Counted from the first letter of the stretch, positions 1 to 8,745 are shown. The stretch: DNA of 64,000 bases from Candidatus Omnitrophota bacterium (GCA_041661345.1 JBAZUO010000004.1:13688-77687), one strand, 5' to 3'. The notes: generated by a model not told the origin, from the letters alone. Translations and numbers: made by a program.

Positions 1-1550
1 CTAGACTTACCATGCCCTCGAAAATCGAACGTGATAACATCATATTCTTTGCTGAATGCTTCAGCCATCCCTTTAAATAAAGCCGTATCCTTGTTAGTAT
101 AAAAACCATGCGCGATAATAACAACCTTAGAAAACCCTCCTTTAATGTGAGAAAAGGCGATGCGTTTCCCATCTTCGGTTATCATGTAGCGATCAGGTTC
201 ACTCTCTCCCGTAGGGCAAGAAATTGCACCCTCGTGGAAGTCTCCGGTCGTGTCGCAAATCTTTTTGGGTTCTGTTTTTTGAAAATTGCCTTCAAATACC
301 GATTTTGCTATGGCTTTAATAAAATTAGTGTAAATATCCCACTCCGCTTTCATGCGCCACAAGAAAAGATACCGCGAACTGTTTTTCTTGCCCACGGAAA
401 TAGATTTTCTTGACCTGACATTTTCATAAATTTCCAGCATGCGCTTGGCAGAAACATTTATCGGATATTTCTGTACCGTCATTCTTACGAGCTGCTTTAT
501 GGTTTGCAGATCTTCGGTAGTCCGAGATAAAGCCCAAATAAGAGCATCGACGTAACTTTGCTGATCCATCTGGCTAAGCAATCGGCCGTTATGATAATCT
601 TTTATTACATCCCGCGCTCCCGGGGCATCCAATGCTACCACGGGAATACCTGCTGCCATGGCTTCAATGAGAACCATCCCTTGAGTTTCGCTTAATGAAG
701 TAAATGCAAAAACATCCATGGCAAAATAAGCATCAACCAAATGCTGATAATGTAAGACTCCCGTTAAATGCAATCTACTTTCAAGACCGGCCTGTTTAAA
801 GGTATCCTTGATCATTTTTTCCGCTGGGCCAAGTCCCACAATCAGAGCATGAACCTTTGGATCCTTTTTTAACGCTTCAACCATGCAATTTATCAGGAAA
901 TCCATATTCTTCTCCGGCGCCAACCGCCCCGCATGTCCTATAACTTTAGCGTCGAGAGGGATCTGATTCTGCTGGCGAAAAGCAATTCTGTCGCTTTTTG
1001 AAAAACGTTCCAGATCTACCCCCGTTGGAACAACCTCTATGGGAGTTTTGACACCTCTTTTAAGTAAAATATCCCGCACGCTTTCCGAAGGGGCAATCAC
1101 CTGGTCCGTTAAATTAGCATATCCTGCGGCATACTTGACCATAAATCGCTTCATTCCCTCATTTTGAATCGGCAAAAAATGGACATACTGCTCAAACATC
1201 GTGTGGTAAGTAAAAACTAATGGTATGGCGTGCTGCCGACTGAGGCGCAGGGCAAAATCTCCCATGAAAAATGGACTATGACTGTGTACTATATCCGGTG
1301 AAAAATCTTTCATGTACCGCGTTAACAGCTCGGAGGACGGAAAGTTAATGGAGAAGATAGTCCCGTTAACTTTTTGAAAGGCAGGAATGCGGATAACGCC
1401 CGGCTCCTCTATCGGCATCCCTTCAAAGGCCGGAGTAACTATCAAAATCTCATGCCCCAAGCTTTTAAATTCTTCGCTGAAAGAATAAATCGATTGCTCT
1501 ATCCCTCCTACGATCGGGAAATAGGTATTACTCATCATTAAAATTCTCAT
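1..1550 (-). CDS. Family 4 glycosyltransferase (GT4) fused to a C-terminal alpha/beta-hydrolase domain. Truncated at the 3' end by the window edge.
   Basis: My own reverse-complement translation from the ATG at 1548-1550. N-terminus MRILMMSNTYFPIVGGIEQ..., and a GT4 E-x7-E region EAMAAGIPVVALDAPG. After a linker the frame continues into IIAHGFYTNKDTALF...FDFRGHGKS, an alpha/beta-hydrolase nucleophile-elbow start, and runs off at position 1. The ORF track lists no complete ORF in this frame because it has no stop in the window. The middle of the ORF was translated by eye, so exact residues there are approximate. Confidence 0.7.
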   Translation of the reverse strand, partial: MRILMMSNTYFPIVGGIEQSIYSFSEEFKSLGHEILIVTPAFEGMPIEEPGVIRIPAFQKVNGTIFSINFPSSELLTRYMKDFSPDIVHSHSPFFMGDFALRLSRQHAIPLVFTYHTMFEQYVHFLPIQNEGMKRFMVKYAAGYANLTDQVIAPSESVRDILLKRGVKTPIEVVPTGVDLERFSKSDRIAFRQQNQIPLDAKVIGHAGRLAPEKNMDFLINCMVEALKKDPKVHALIVGLGPAEKMIKDTFKQAGLESRLHLTGVLHYQHLVDAYFAMDVFAFTSLSETQGMVLIEAMAAGIPVVALDAPGARDVIKDYHNGRLLSQMDQQSYVDALIWALSRTTEDLQTIKQLVRMTVQKYPINVSAKRMLEIYENVRSRKSISVGKKNSSRYLFLWRMKAEWDIYTNFIKAIAKSVFEGNFQKTEPKKICDTTGDFHEGAISCPTGESEPDRYMITEDGKRIAFSHIKGGFSKVVIIAHGFYTNKDTALFKGMAEAFSKEYDVITFDFRGHGKS

Positions 1551-3004
1551 TATTTGTCCTTTAATCCTATCAGTGCTTTTCTGGCAGCCACACATATCGC
1601 TTCATAACAATCTTGCGCGCCACAAGCCAACCCTTCCTTTTCCAGATCTTTGACAAGAAACGGTTTACCGAATCTCACTTTGATCGGATAACATTTGGGG
1701 TACTGTTCCGTACTGGACCAGGCCTCGTGAGCTCCTTCTATGGCCACAGGTACGAGCTGTGCCCCCGTCTCCTTAGCCAAAATACCGAATCCTTTTTTAA
1801 ATTTCCCGACTTCGCCTGTACTGCTGCGTATTCCTTCCGGAAAGAAGCACAAATTTTTGCCGTGGTCTAACACATAATAACAGCTGCGCAAGCTCTCCAG
1901 AAAATGCGTTGAAAAATCAAAGGGAATGAATCTTTCCATCTTTACGACATTCCTTAATAGACGAGATTTTATGAACGGCCTGAAAAAATACGGTATGAAG
2001 ATGAAGTAAAAGATCTGGAACCCCCGTATACGCGGCAGGCTTGCGGCAATGGCCGGCCCATCAAGAAAACTCGTATGGTTGGGATAAAAAATACAAGCCC
2101 CCTCCGTAGGTACGTTCTCTTGTCCTTCCACCTTAATCCTAAAAAATAATTTCATGATAGAATAAAATATGGCTGTTATAGTAAATCGAAATAGCCAGGC
2201 AAAGAAACCGTTACCCAATTCGATCGCTCCCAGATGTTCTTCCTTCGGCGGTATTTGTAAATTTTTTTTCCAGTAGTTCGGCCCCAGAGATAACTCTTTA
2301 TCCTCCATGGGGATGTCTTTGGCTCCGCCCAATGCATCCGTTATCCCCAAAATAAGATCTTTTACACTAAAGGCTCTCGAGATCGCTTCATCTTTTATAT
2401 CCGCGCTAAAAGCCAACTCAAGGCACGAAGCAAGCTCTATCCTGCCTAATGAATCTATACCAAGGTCCAGCTCTAAAGAATCCTCGAGCGTTATAGGTCT
2501 TCTGATACCGCATAGCTCCTTTAAGGATTCCAAAATTTTTATGCCAATCTCGGATCCTATTAATAGACTGTCCTCATTCGTCAGCTCTCCTCGAACCGGA
2601 GGAGGGCCTTTTATCCCCTCGATGACTCTACGTTCATACATCTTCTTGATCATATATCTTTTTAGCTTACCAAACCGGATATGCGGCAGATCCTCCAGCG
2701 TAATAGTAAAACCTTTAAGCCTTTTATAAGAAGGCAGCGACGGCGAGGCATTGTCAAATTTCTCCTTAAGGACTAAGCATAGATTCACTTCGGCAAATTC
2801 CCTGAATTTATCAAGATCCGGCTGGATGACAGCCCAAAGAACTTTCGATTTTTTTACGCCTCCCATTCCGGAAACTATAAAGACGCACATCTCTTTGATG
2901 GGAGCAACTTTTGAATAGAACTCCTCGATCTCTTCCGGGCAAATTTTCTCCCCTGACTTCAATATGATAAAATCTCTAAATATATCTGTGATGGCTTCTG
3001 TCAT
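1550..3004 (-). CDS. Tri-domain lipid acyltransferase: orphan AMP-binding C-terminal subdomain, then an acyl-carrier (PP-binding) domain, then a PlsC-type lysophospholipid acyltransferase domain.
   Basis: N-terminus GEKICPEEIEEFY...LPHIRFGKLKR resembles the A9/A10 region of adenylate-forming enzymes. The ACP motif LELDLGIDSLGRIEL is present. The PlsC motifs NHTSFLD (H-x4-D) and FPEGIRSSTGE are present. The start ATGA overlaps the stop of the upstream gene, which suggests translational coupling. Confidence 0.7.
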   Translation of the reverse strand: MTEAITDIFRDFIILKSGEKICPEEIEEFYSKVAPIKEMCVFIVSGMGGVKKSKVLWAVIQPDLDKFREFAEVNLCLVLKEKFDNASPSLPSYKRLKGFTITLEDLPHIRFGKLKRYMIKKMYERRVIEGIKGPPPVRGELTNEDSLLIGSEIGIKILESLKELCGIRRPITLEDSLELDLGIDSLGRIELASCLELAFSADIKDEAISRAFSVKDLILGITDALGGAKDIPMEDKELSLGPNYWKKNLQIPPKEEHLGAIELGNGFFAWLFRFTITAIFYSIMKLFFRIKVEGQENVPTEGACIFYPNHTSFLDGPAIAASLPRIRGFQIFYFIFIPYFFRPFIKSRLLRNVVKMERFIPFDFSTHFLESLRSCYYVLDHGKNLCFFPEGIRSSTGEVGKFKKGFGILAKETGAQLVPVAIEGAHEAWSSTEQYPKCYPIKVRFGKPFLVKDLEKEGLACGAQDCYEAICVAARKALIGLKDK

Positions 3005-5418
3005 TTATCAATACCATTTTTCAATTCTATTGCATTCGTTCCGGGCGAAATTCTTACATTCGCAAAACCAGGTAATTGAATATCTATCGGCGGCTCTTTC
3101 GTAAACCAAATTCCTTGCCATTCGACAAGGACATTTTCTTCCTGAGGTTTTATGGAAATTTGAATAATGCCAAATCTTGTCGGCGCGGGCCCAAACGCGA
3201 TCGTTTGTTTTTTACTTAACCAGATTCGCGGTATCCCCGAACATAATATTAATCGGCCGTTTTCTTCACGTACAAAACAATTTCTTATCATCAAAACCCA
3301 TTCCGCCGCGGCCCACACATGCTGCCCGTCCCCCATGCATCCGCCGCCTGTGCGTGGATGCACCGACTCAGGCCATTGTCCCGTTGGTGAAGCCAGTTTA
3401 GCCACCGCTGTCATTAAACCAAAATATCTTGGATCGCCTGCGCGCAAAAGCACCTGGGCTAAATGCAGTGTAAGGTAAGGATTGATCCCAGAATGGGTCA
3501 TATCATGAAAGAATCCGCCATGGATCAAACAATTTTTCATTAAATAATCAACTGTATCTAAAATCCTTGGATCATTCTGTTTAAAAATACGAAGCGGATA
3601 GCCGGCAACCAAAGAGCCAATCGCCCCCGCATCCAAGCGGCGATAAGGAGATGCTGGTATCGCAGGCCTTTTCAAACGAACTTCGACTTTTTTCAAGCTT
3701 TTGTCAATACTCTCCAGTAAAGAATTTGATTCAACTTCAAAATAAAGAGCACGATCATTATCCTTGTAAGCAGTGCATAAAAAAGCTGCTGCTTTTAATC
3801 CCGCTACAGCCCAGAAATCATCCCAATAATAAAAATCATTCGGCCCCAGATGTTCGGCGCTGAATCCCGACGGTAATAAGCCTGCATGAGGAAATCGTAA
3901 ATCGCCGGATAAACGCTTTTTACAGATCCACTTACCGGCTTTACTGATCGATTCTTTCCATTCTTCCGGTGGTACATTTCCCGTCATCTCACAATACTGA
4001 CGCATGATCCACAGGGCCTCACCGTTGGAATCCCACTCCCCTTCTTGAGAGAGGAAATAACCATCAGCTGTCTGACGGGAGCGGAAACAATCTAAGGCTC
4101 GTCGAACGCGCTCGGTTAACCCGGCAGATAACATGGCAGATAATATAAAAGCGGCATCGCGAAACCAAAATCGCCGGTAAATATAAGGACCTGGATAAAC
4201 TTCCTTCGGAGAATGCAAAATCATTGTGTGGATAGCGGCTTCGTAAAGAAATTGAATTTGTTCATCTGGAATTTGCAATATACAGATGCCTTGAAGACTT
4301 TTCTTCCACTCCACCTGAGCAGCCTCTTGAGGGTACCTATAAGATCCTCTTTCAATTTTATTTTTCGTTAAAGGTACCAAAACGGTTATTTCTTGTAATT
4401 CTCCCGTCTCCAATATAAAAACGGCTGCGGAGCTGGCCATACCGACTTTGCATGAAATTTCTTTTTCAAATTCATTCGATGATAAACGGCTATAAACATC
4501 ACCTCGATAATAGTTCGAAAATACGTATTGATCCGGACACTTATCAAAATATATAAAATTTTCCTGATTTACCTTCCAGCCCAACGAATCTTCGAGTAGG
4601 GTAATGCTATTTATAAAGCTCACGCCTTCGGGGTTATAAGGCCTGAGAGAAACGACTAGCCGCGCATTAGTGGAACCAGACCCTGTGATTTTAACCTGGC
4701 AAATAGGTTCTTTGGCTGGACCAATAACTTGCGCTTTCAATTGAAGCTTTAATTGCCCAAGACTTGATTCTGTGATCACGCAAAGATTATCATCGAAAGT
4801 CATCTTTTGCGATACATTTGGCATGCGCGACGGAATTAATGGCTCTCCCTCTTTTGGAATAATCCAGGCGTCAATGGACCACCCATCATAATAGGGCGTA
4901 ACAAGGCCGCGTGGATCTATAATAGGAAATTCGGTGCTGTCAGGAACGCCTAAAGCTGTCCAATTTCTATGGGTGAGATTAATTTGAGTCAGTGAAAAAG
5001 ACCGCGGTATAAACGCCGGATCTTCAGGATCATATTGACATTCTACCCAATAAGGCCAGATCCAATCAAGGTTATGTTGAATGGCTAAGCTATTTATTAA
5101 ACCACGAGCGTGCATGACAGCCCCTGAACGCAACAGCTCCGTCGGAGCTGCCACCTCCGAGGGTTGCGCAAAACTCTGTAATCGAGAAATCAATTTAACA
5201 GGATCTAAAAACCCCTGCCTGCGCGCAGCATCGCTCAATAAAAATTTCCACGGTAACCATTTCCACCATATAAAATAAGCCCGCTCTTTCAACAAGATTC
5301 TAAAAACCCACCACTTAAAGCAGATAAAGGCAAATAAGGCTGTCAACGTTGTAGCGATAATCAACGCTGCAAAAATAGCCCCGGGCCACAAGTTAAGGAT
5401 ACTTTGATTTATTAACAT
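3001..5418 (-). CDS. Membrane-anchored six-hairpin glycosidase-like protein of 805 aa (GH15/GH63/GDE_C-like (alpha/alpha)6 barrel).
   Basis: N-terminal TM helix (AIFAALIIATTLTALFAFICF). The segment YRRFWFRDAAFILSAMLSAGL...EGEWDSNGEALWIMRQY is typical of glucoamylase-like six-hairpin glycosidases. The family assignment is by motif only. Confidence 0.5.
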   Translation of the reverse strand: MLINQSILNLWPGAIFAALIIATTLTALFAFICFKWWVFRILLKERAYFIWWKWLPWKFLLSDAARRQGFLDPVKLISRLQSFAQPSEVAAPTELLRSGAVMHARGLINSLAIQHNLDWIWPYWVECQYDPEDPAFIPRSFSLTQINLTHRNWTALGVPDSTEFPIIDPRGLVTPYYDGWSIDAWIIPKEGEPLIPSRMPNVSQKMTFDDNLCVITESSLGQLKLQLKAQVIGPAKEPICQVKITGSGSTNARLVVSLRPYNPEGVSFINSITLLEDSLGWKVNQENFIYFDKCPDQYVFSNYYRGDVYSRLSSNEFEKEISCKVGMASSAAVFILETGELQEITVLVPLTKNKIERGSYRYPQEAAQVEWKKSLQGICILQIPDEQIQFLYEAAIHTMILHSPKEVYPGPYIYRRFWFRDAAFILSAMLSAGLTERVRRALDCFRSRQTADGYFLSQEGEWDSNGEALWIMRQYCEMTGNVPPEEWKESISKAGKWICKKRLSGDLRFPHAGLLPSGFSAEHLGPNDFYYWDDFWAVAGLKAAAFLCTAYKDNDRALYFEVESNSLLESIDKSLKKVEVRLKRPAIPASPYRRLDAGAIGSLVAGYPLRIFKQNDPRILDTVDYLMKNCLIHGGFFHDMTHSGINPYLTLHLAQVLLRAGDPRYFGLMTAVAKLASPTGQWPESVHPRTGGGCMGDGQHVWAAAEWVLMIRNCFVREENGRLILCSGIPRIWLSKKQTIAFGPAPTRFGIIQISIKPQEENVLVEWQGIWFTKEPPIDIQLPGFANVRISPGTNAIELKNGIDK

Positions 5419-5704
5419 TGATCCCTAAAGCTAATGAGTTGACTAGTACATACCGGCCAAATTCAGCATAAGACGGTTTGTTGTATTGAAATGTCCAGTA
5501 TTTATAAAGTAAATACCCTACAATACCCGCGCATGTAAAAGAAATCCCCTTAGACATGCCAAAGGACAGAAAATGAAATAAAATATAATAAATAGTAAAG
5601 TCTGTTGCATTTACAATGGTCCCGGAAATTAAAAACCGTATTATTTGTTTATTATTCTTCATATCAGTTTTTAAAAGATGCGGGACAGGATCAGTGCCCC
5701 GCAT
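5393..5704 (-). CDS. GtrA-family membrane protein (a polyisoprenyl-phosphate glycoside translocation accessory protein).
   Basis: RFLISGTIVNATDFTIYYILF...YKYWTF is the GtrA signature. The true start may be the internal Met (MKNNKQ) at 5661. Confidence 0.6.
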   Translation of the reverse strand: MRGTDPVPHLLKTDMKNNKQIIRFLISGTIVNATDFTIYYILFHFLSFGMSKGISFTCAGIVGYLLYKYWTFQYNKPSYAEFGRYVLVNSLALGINVNKSKYP

Positions 5705-5723
5705 CTTTACCTTCTTTTACAGT

Positions 5724-5855
5724 TTAGTTACCGATATTGCTGACATGCTTTCCCGCATCCTGTATATCTTTTCCTGCGCCTCTGGCTGCATTGCATCCGG
5801 TAAGTGCGCTAGCTAAAAACACAATTGCTAATACTGCTAAAGCAATTTTTTTCAT
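5724..5855 (-). CDS. Entericidin EcnA/B-family small lipoprotein (43 aa).
   Basis: This CDS is not in the ORF track. Hand translation gives MKKIALAVLAIVFLASALTGCNAARGAGKDIQDAGKHVSNIGN. It has a lipobox LTGC and the entericidin-like CNxxRGxGxD motif. An AGGAG RBS lies upstream. Confidence 0.65.
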   Translation of the reverse strand: MKKIALAVLAIVFLASALTGCNAARGAGKDIQDAGKHVSNIGN

Positions 5856-5869
5856 ATAACTCTCCTTTC

Positions 5870-6250
5870 TTATTTATTTTTAAGTGCACCGTTAATAAAT
5901 TTAACCAGCTCCCTGTCATTAAATGGTTTTTGCAAATACCCCGTTGCCCCTGCTGCCATAGCTCGCTCATGATTTACGCCGCTTTTGTCTGCTGAAATAA
6001 TGATAACCGGACGTTTGGATCCGGATTTAATAATCAACTTTAATGTTTCCCATCCATCCAGCCCCGGCATATGGATGTCTAATATCAAACAACCGGGAGA
6101 GTTATGGGGCACATCACGAAAAAAATCCTTTGCTGAAGTAAAGGTGTCGACTTTAAATCCGTATGTAATCAGCAGAATACCCAACGCGCAGCCTACCGAG
6201 GCATCGTCATCCACAATAAATATTTGATTATGCGACTTTTTTGGTTTCAT
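5870..6250 (-). CDS. Single-domain response regulator (CheY-like receiver).
   Basis: IFIVDDD...LILDIHMPGLDGWET...K. The start is taken at the internal MKPKKSHNQ, because the longer ORF would overlap the upstream small gene. Confidence 0.8.
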   Translation of the reverse strand: MKPKKSHNQIFIVDDDASVGCALGILLITYGFKVDTFTSAKDFFRDVPHNSPGCLILDIHMPGLDGWETLKLIIKSGSKRPVIIISADKSGVNHERAMAAGATGYLQKPFNDRELVKFINGALKNK

Positions 6251-6266
6251 ATACGGTTTATGGGGA

Positions 6267-6416
6267 TTAAAGCACTTTTCGGCCGCTGATGAGGCGCAAA
6301 ATAATAACGATAACGGCAATAACGAGCAGTATGTGAATAAATCCGCCTATTGTGTACGACGAAATCAATCCTAACAACCAAAGCACAATCAAAACAACTG
6401 CAATTGTGTACAGCAT
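6267..6416 (-). CDS. lmo0937-family small membrane protein (49 aa).
   Basis: Not in the ORF track. Hand translation gives MLYTIAVVLIVLWLLGLISSYTIGGFIHILLVIAVIVIILRLISGRKVL. It has an AGGAGG RBS and its own TTGACC-N17-TACAAT promoter upstream. Confidence 0.6.
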   Translation of the reverse strand: MLYTIAVVLIVLWLLGLISSYTIGGFIHILLVIAVIVIILRLISGRKVL

Positions 6417-6515
6417 ATCTTACCTCCTGCTTTATTTATGTTTGCATTGTATAGGAAAATAAAAAAGTGGTCAATTGTACCTGGGTATAACCTTGGATTA
6501 AAGAAGAAACTAGTA

Positions 6516-7136
6516 CTAGGAGGAAGCGATGCCTGCTTTTTGTGCGAAGTGGATAAGTTCAGTCACAGTTTTAGCCTTCATCTTCTGCATAACCCGGCCG
6601 CGATGAACCTTGATCGTTTGTAGGGAAGTCCCCCGCTTGAAGGCAATATTTTTACTCATCATCCCCTTGGCTACAAGTCGAAAAACTTCCAGTTCTCGCG
6701 GAGACAAAGTTCTGATACGACGTTTTATTTTTGCTATTTCGGCTTCTTTATTATTTTGAACTGTGCTTTTTAAGATGGCAAGCGTAATAGCATTAAGCAG
6801 CTTCTTTTTTGTAACGGGTTTAGTAAGAAAATCAACAGCTCCTGCCTTCATAGTTTTTACACTCATTGGGATATCGCCGTGTCCGGTGATAAATATAATA
6901 GGAATGGTAATGGCCCGTCGTGTCATAACATCTTGAAGGGCAAGTCCATTGATATCCGGCAGGCGTATATCCAGGATCAGGCATGATGGCAGCTTGGGGT
7001 GCTTATATTCCAGGAAGGAGCGAGCGTGCGTAAACGTTTTAACTTCAAACCCGTGCGATTTTAACAATAAGGTTAGGGATCTGCATATGGAAACGTTGTC
7101 ATCAACGACATATATAAGCGGCTTGCGCTTATTCAT
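6516..7136 (-). CDS. Two-component response regulator of the FixJ/LuxR (NarL) family, with a receiver domain and a LuxR-type HTH.
   Basis: LIYVVDDN...LILDIRLPDINGL, and a C-terminal LSPRELEVFRLVAKGMMSKNIA HTH motif. Confidence 0.85.
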   Translation of the reverse strand: MNKRKPLIYVVDDNVSICRSLTLLLKSHGFEVKTFTHARSFLEYKHPKLPSCLILDIRLPDINGLALQDVMTRRAITIPIIFITGHGDIPMSVKTMKAGAVDFLTKPVTKKKLLNAITLAILKSTVQNNKEAEIAKIKRRIRTLSPRELEVFRLVAKGMMSKNIAFKRGTSLQTIKVHRGRVMQKMKAKTVTELIHFAQKAGIASS

Positions 7137-8053
7137 CAGGCATCCTTCATGCCAATAGGAATGGTGAAATAAAAGGTAGCGCCGCGATCAGTATTCCTCT
7201 TTACGTCCAGTCGGCCGCCATGTGATTCAACGATGGAGCGGCTAATAGACAACCCCATACCCAAACCATCCGGCTTGCTCGTAAAAAAGTGAGTGAAGAG
7301 CTTGGGCATATTGTGCTTGGGTATCCCGCATCCGGAATCCTTTACCGCTACCATGATCGTATTAGTATTTTTACGTGATGTACATATCAATATTTCATGT
7401 TCACCCCGGCTATTCTCCAGGGCATCAAAACTATTGCTGATAAGATTCAAGAGAACCTGTTGCAGCTGTACCCGGTCGCCGTGAACAGGCGGAAGATTAT
7501 CCTCAAGTCCGATTTTTAAGGCAGTATTTCTTATGGCGGCATCAGTAGCAATAAGCGCAATAGTCTCATTAATAACGGTATTAATGTCCAGCAGTTTCGT
7601 TTCAGGATTACCTTTCTTTAACAGTGAACGCAATCGCTGAATAACCTCAGACGCCCGATGGTCATCATTAATGATATAGGATAGAATTTTCTGTAGTTCA
7701 GGCTCTCTGTCTGCAAGCATACGTTGGGCAGCTTGAGCGTACGAGAGAATAGCCGTAAGAGGTTGACTGATTTCGTGGGCAAGCGAAGAAACAAACTCCG
7801 CAAGTTTTCCTACCCTGGTGACGTGCAGAAGCTCCGCGCGCTGTTTAAGTATCTCCAGGTCCTTCTTCCGTATTAATGTAGCATCTATCTTTATCTGCTT
7901 TTCTGCGCCTTTCTGTTTTTTTATCCCATTCTTTAGTTGCCCGTTTTTAATCTTGAGCTCACCGGCTTGCTGCCGGACTACCCCCTTTAGACGCACGCGC
8001 TCACCGTTCCGGATTTTATTTCTCGATACTGGCTTTTTTGTTTTCTTTTTCAT
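7136..8053 (-). CDS. Soluble sensor histidine kinase (HisKA plus HATPase_c). It has a Lys-rich coiled-coil N-terminus and no TM or obvious sensor domain.
   Basis: H-box LAHEISQPL. G-boxes GCGIPKHNMPKLF and GLGMGLSISRSIVESHGG. The gene overlaps the response regulator by 1 nt. Confidence 0.8.
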   Translation of the reverse strand: MKKKTKKPVSRNKIRNGERVRLKGVVRQQAGELKIKNGQLKNGIKKQKGAEKQIKIDATLIRKKDLEILKQRAELLHVTRVGKLAEFVSSLAHEISQPLTAILSYAQAAQRMLADREPELQKILSYIINDDHRASEVIQRLRSLLKKGNPETKLLDINTVINETIALIATDAAIRNTALKIGLEDNLPPVHGDRVQLQQVLLNLISNSFDALENSRGEHEILICTSRKNTNTIMVAVKDSGCGIPKHNMPKLFTHFFTSKPDGLGMGLSISRSIVESHGGRLDVKRNTDRGATFYFTIPIGMKDA

Positions 8054-8243
8054 TTATGGTAATTTCTTTACCCATTTTTCTAACAATAAGGATACTATCA
8101 GGCTATATAACCTCTAATATGTGTATTTTACTAATCACAAAAAACTTGTCAACAAATTTTAAGACCGCGAAATGGCACTTGTTCAAAATAATAAAATATG
8201 GAAAAAGGAAGAGCTACATTAAATAGAAACTACGCTTCTCTTT

Positions 8244-8338
8244 AAAAACGTTTGGCCGCGAGACCTGCTATAGTCTACATGTTGGCAAGGCGAAGGGCAA
8301 AAGCAGACTACGCTTTTGCCCGAAGCCCGAACGTTGTT
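8244..8338 (-). repeat. tRNA-trailer structured element, copy A. It abuts the CCA of tRNA-Glu.
   Basis: aaacgtttggccgc...gcccgaagcccgaacgtt. Its termini are inverted-complementary, with a G.U-compatible change relative to the other copies. The copy is mosaic: its 5' half matches copy D and its 3' half matches copy E. Confidence 0.6.
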
Positions 8339-8416
8339 TGGTAGCCCCGTGGGGATTTGAACCCCGGTCTTCAGGCTGAGAACCTGACGTCCTAGACCAG
8401 GCTAGACGACGGGGCC
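8339..8416 (-). tRNA. tRNA-Glu, anticodon CUC.
   Basis: Reverse complement gives GGCCCCGTCGTCTAGCCTGGTCTAGGACGTCAGGTTCTCAGCCTGAAGACCGGGGTTCAAATCCCCACGGGGCTACCA. The anticodon loop is TTCTCAG, the T-arm is GGGGTTCAAATCCCC, and the CCA is encoded. Confidence 0.85.
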
Positions 8417-8447
8417 ACCGAAAAAAATTACGCGAACAGAATTTGCT

Positions 8448-8512
8448 CCTTTTCCAATATATTTTGGAAAAGGAATATTAAGGAAAACCTTTTTAGAAAA
8501 GGTTTTCCTTAA
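8448..8512. repeat. Two adjacent perfect hairpins: ccttttccaatatattttggaaaagg, and ttaaggaaaacctttttagaaaaggttttccttaa (the conserved element-associated hairpin).
   Basis: Direct inspection. The second hairpin is homologous to the hairpins at 9526, 47010 and 47981, with compensatory changes. Confidence 0.6.
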
Positions 8513-8629
8513 AACGATTTGGCCGCAAGGCCGCTGTTGCCAGCGTGTCGGCGGGCGAAGGGCGAAAAACAATACAACATTTTTCGGCCCGAAGCCCAAA
8601 TCGCTAAATGGTGCGCGGGACAGGACTTG
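8511..8629 (-). repeat. tRNA-trailer structured element copy B (8511-8608), followed by a 21-nt duplicate of the 3' end of tRNA-Leu (8609-8629).
   Basis: Element: aaaacgatttggccgc...ggcccgaagcccaaatcgctaaa. The segment tggtgcgcgggacaggacttg is identical to 8746-8766, which is the real tRNA-Leu 3' end. Confidence 0.6.
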
Positions 8630-8745
8630 GTCCTTCGGTTCGCAGTGCTCACCTTCGGACCGGCCAATTTGCTGTCGGGCATAGCCCTTTTCTTCCTATT
8701 CGTCAGCGCAAATTGGCTTCAAGTCCATATCCGGACTGACTAAAA

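Noticed and set aside
108-413. Plus-strand ORF of 101 aa at the start of the window.
   Set aside because: It lies antisense within the long minus-strand GT4/alpha-beta-hydrolase ORF, which runs off the window and so is absent from the track. It has no motifs.
8478-8512. The conserved hairpins next to the trailer elements as rho-independent terminators.
   Set aside because: In neither orientation is the stem followed by a U-run. The T-run precedes the stem in tRNA sense, and an A-run follows it in plus sense.
8630-8745. The 115-nt segment between the partial and complete tRNA-Leu 3' ends as an integrated mobile element.
   Set aside because: It is far too small, and there is no integrase or recombinase anywhere nearby. 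Kept only as a possible scar (see findings).
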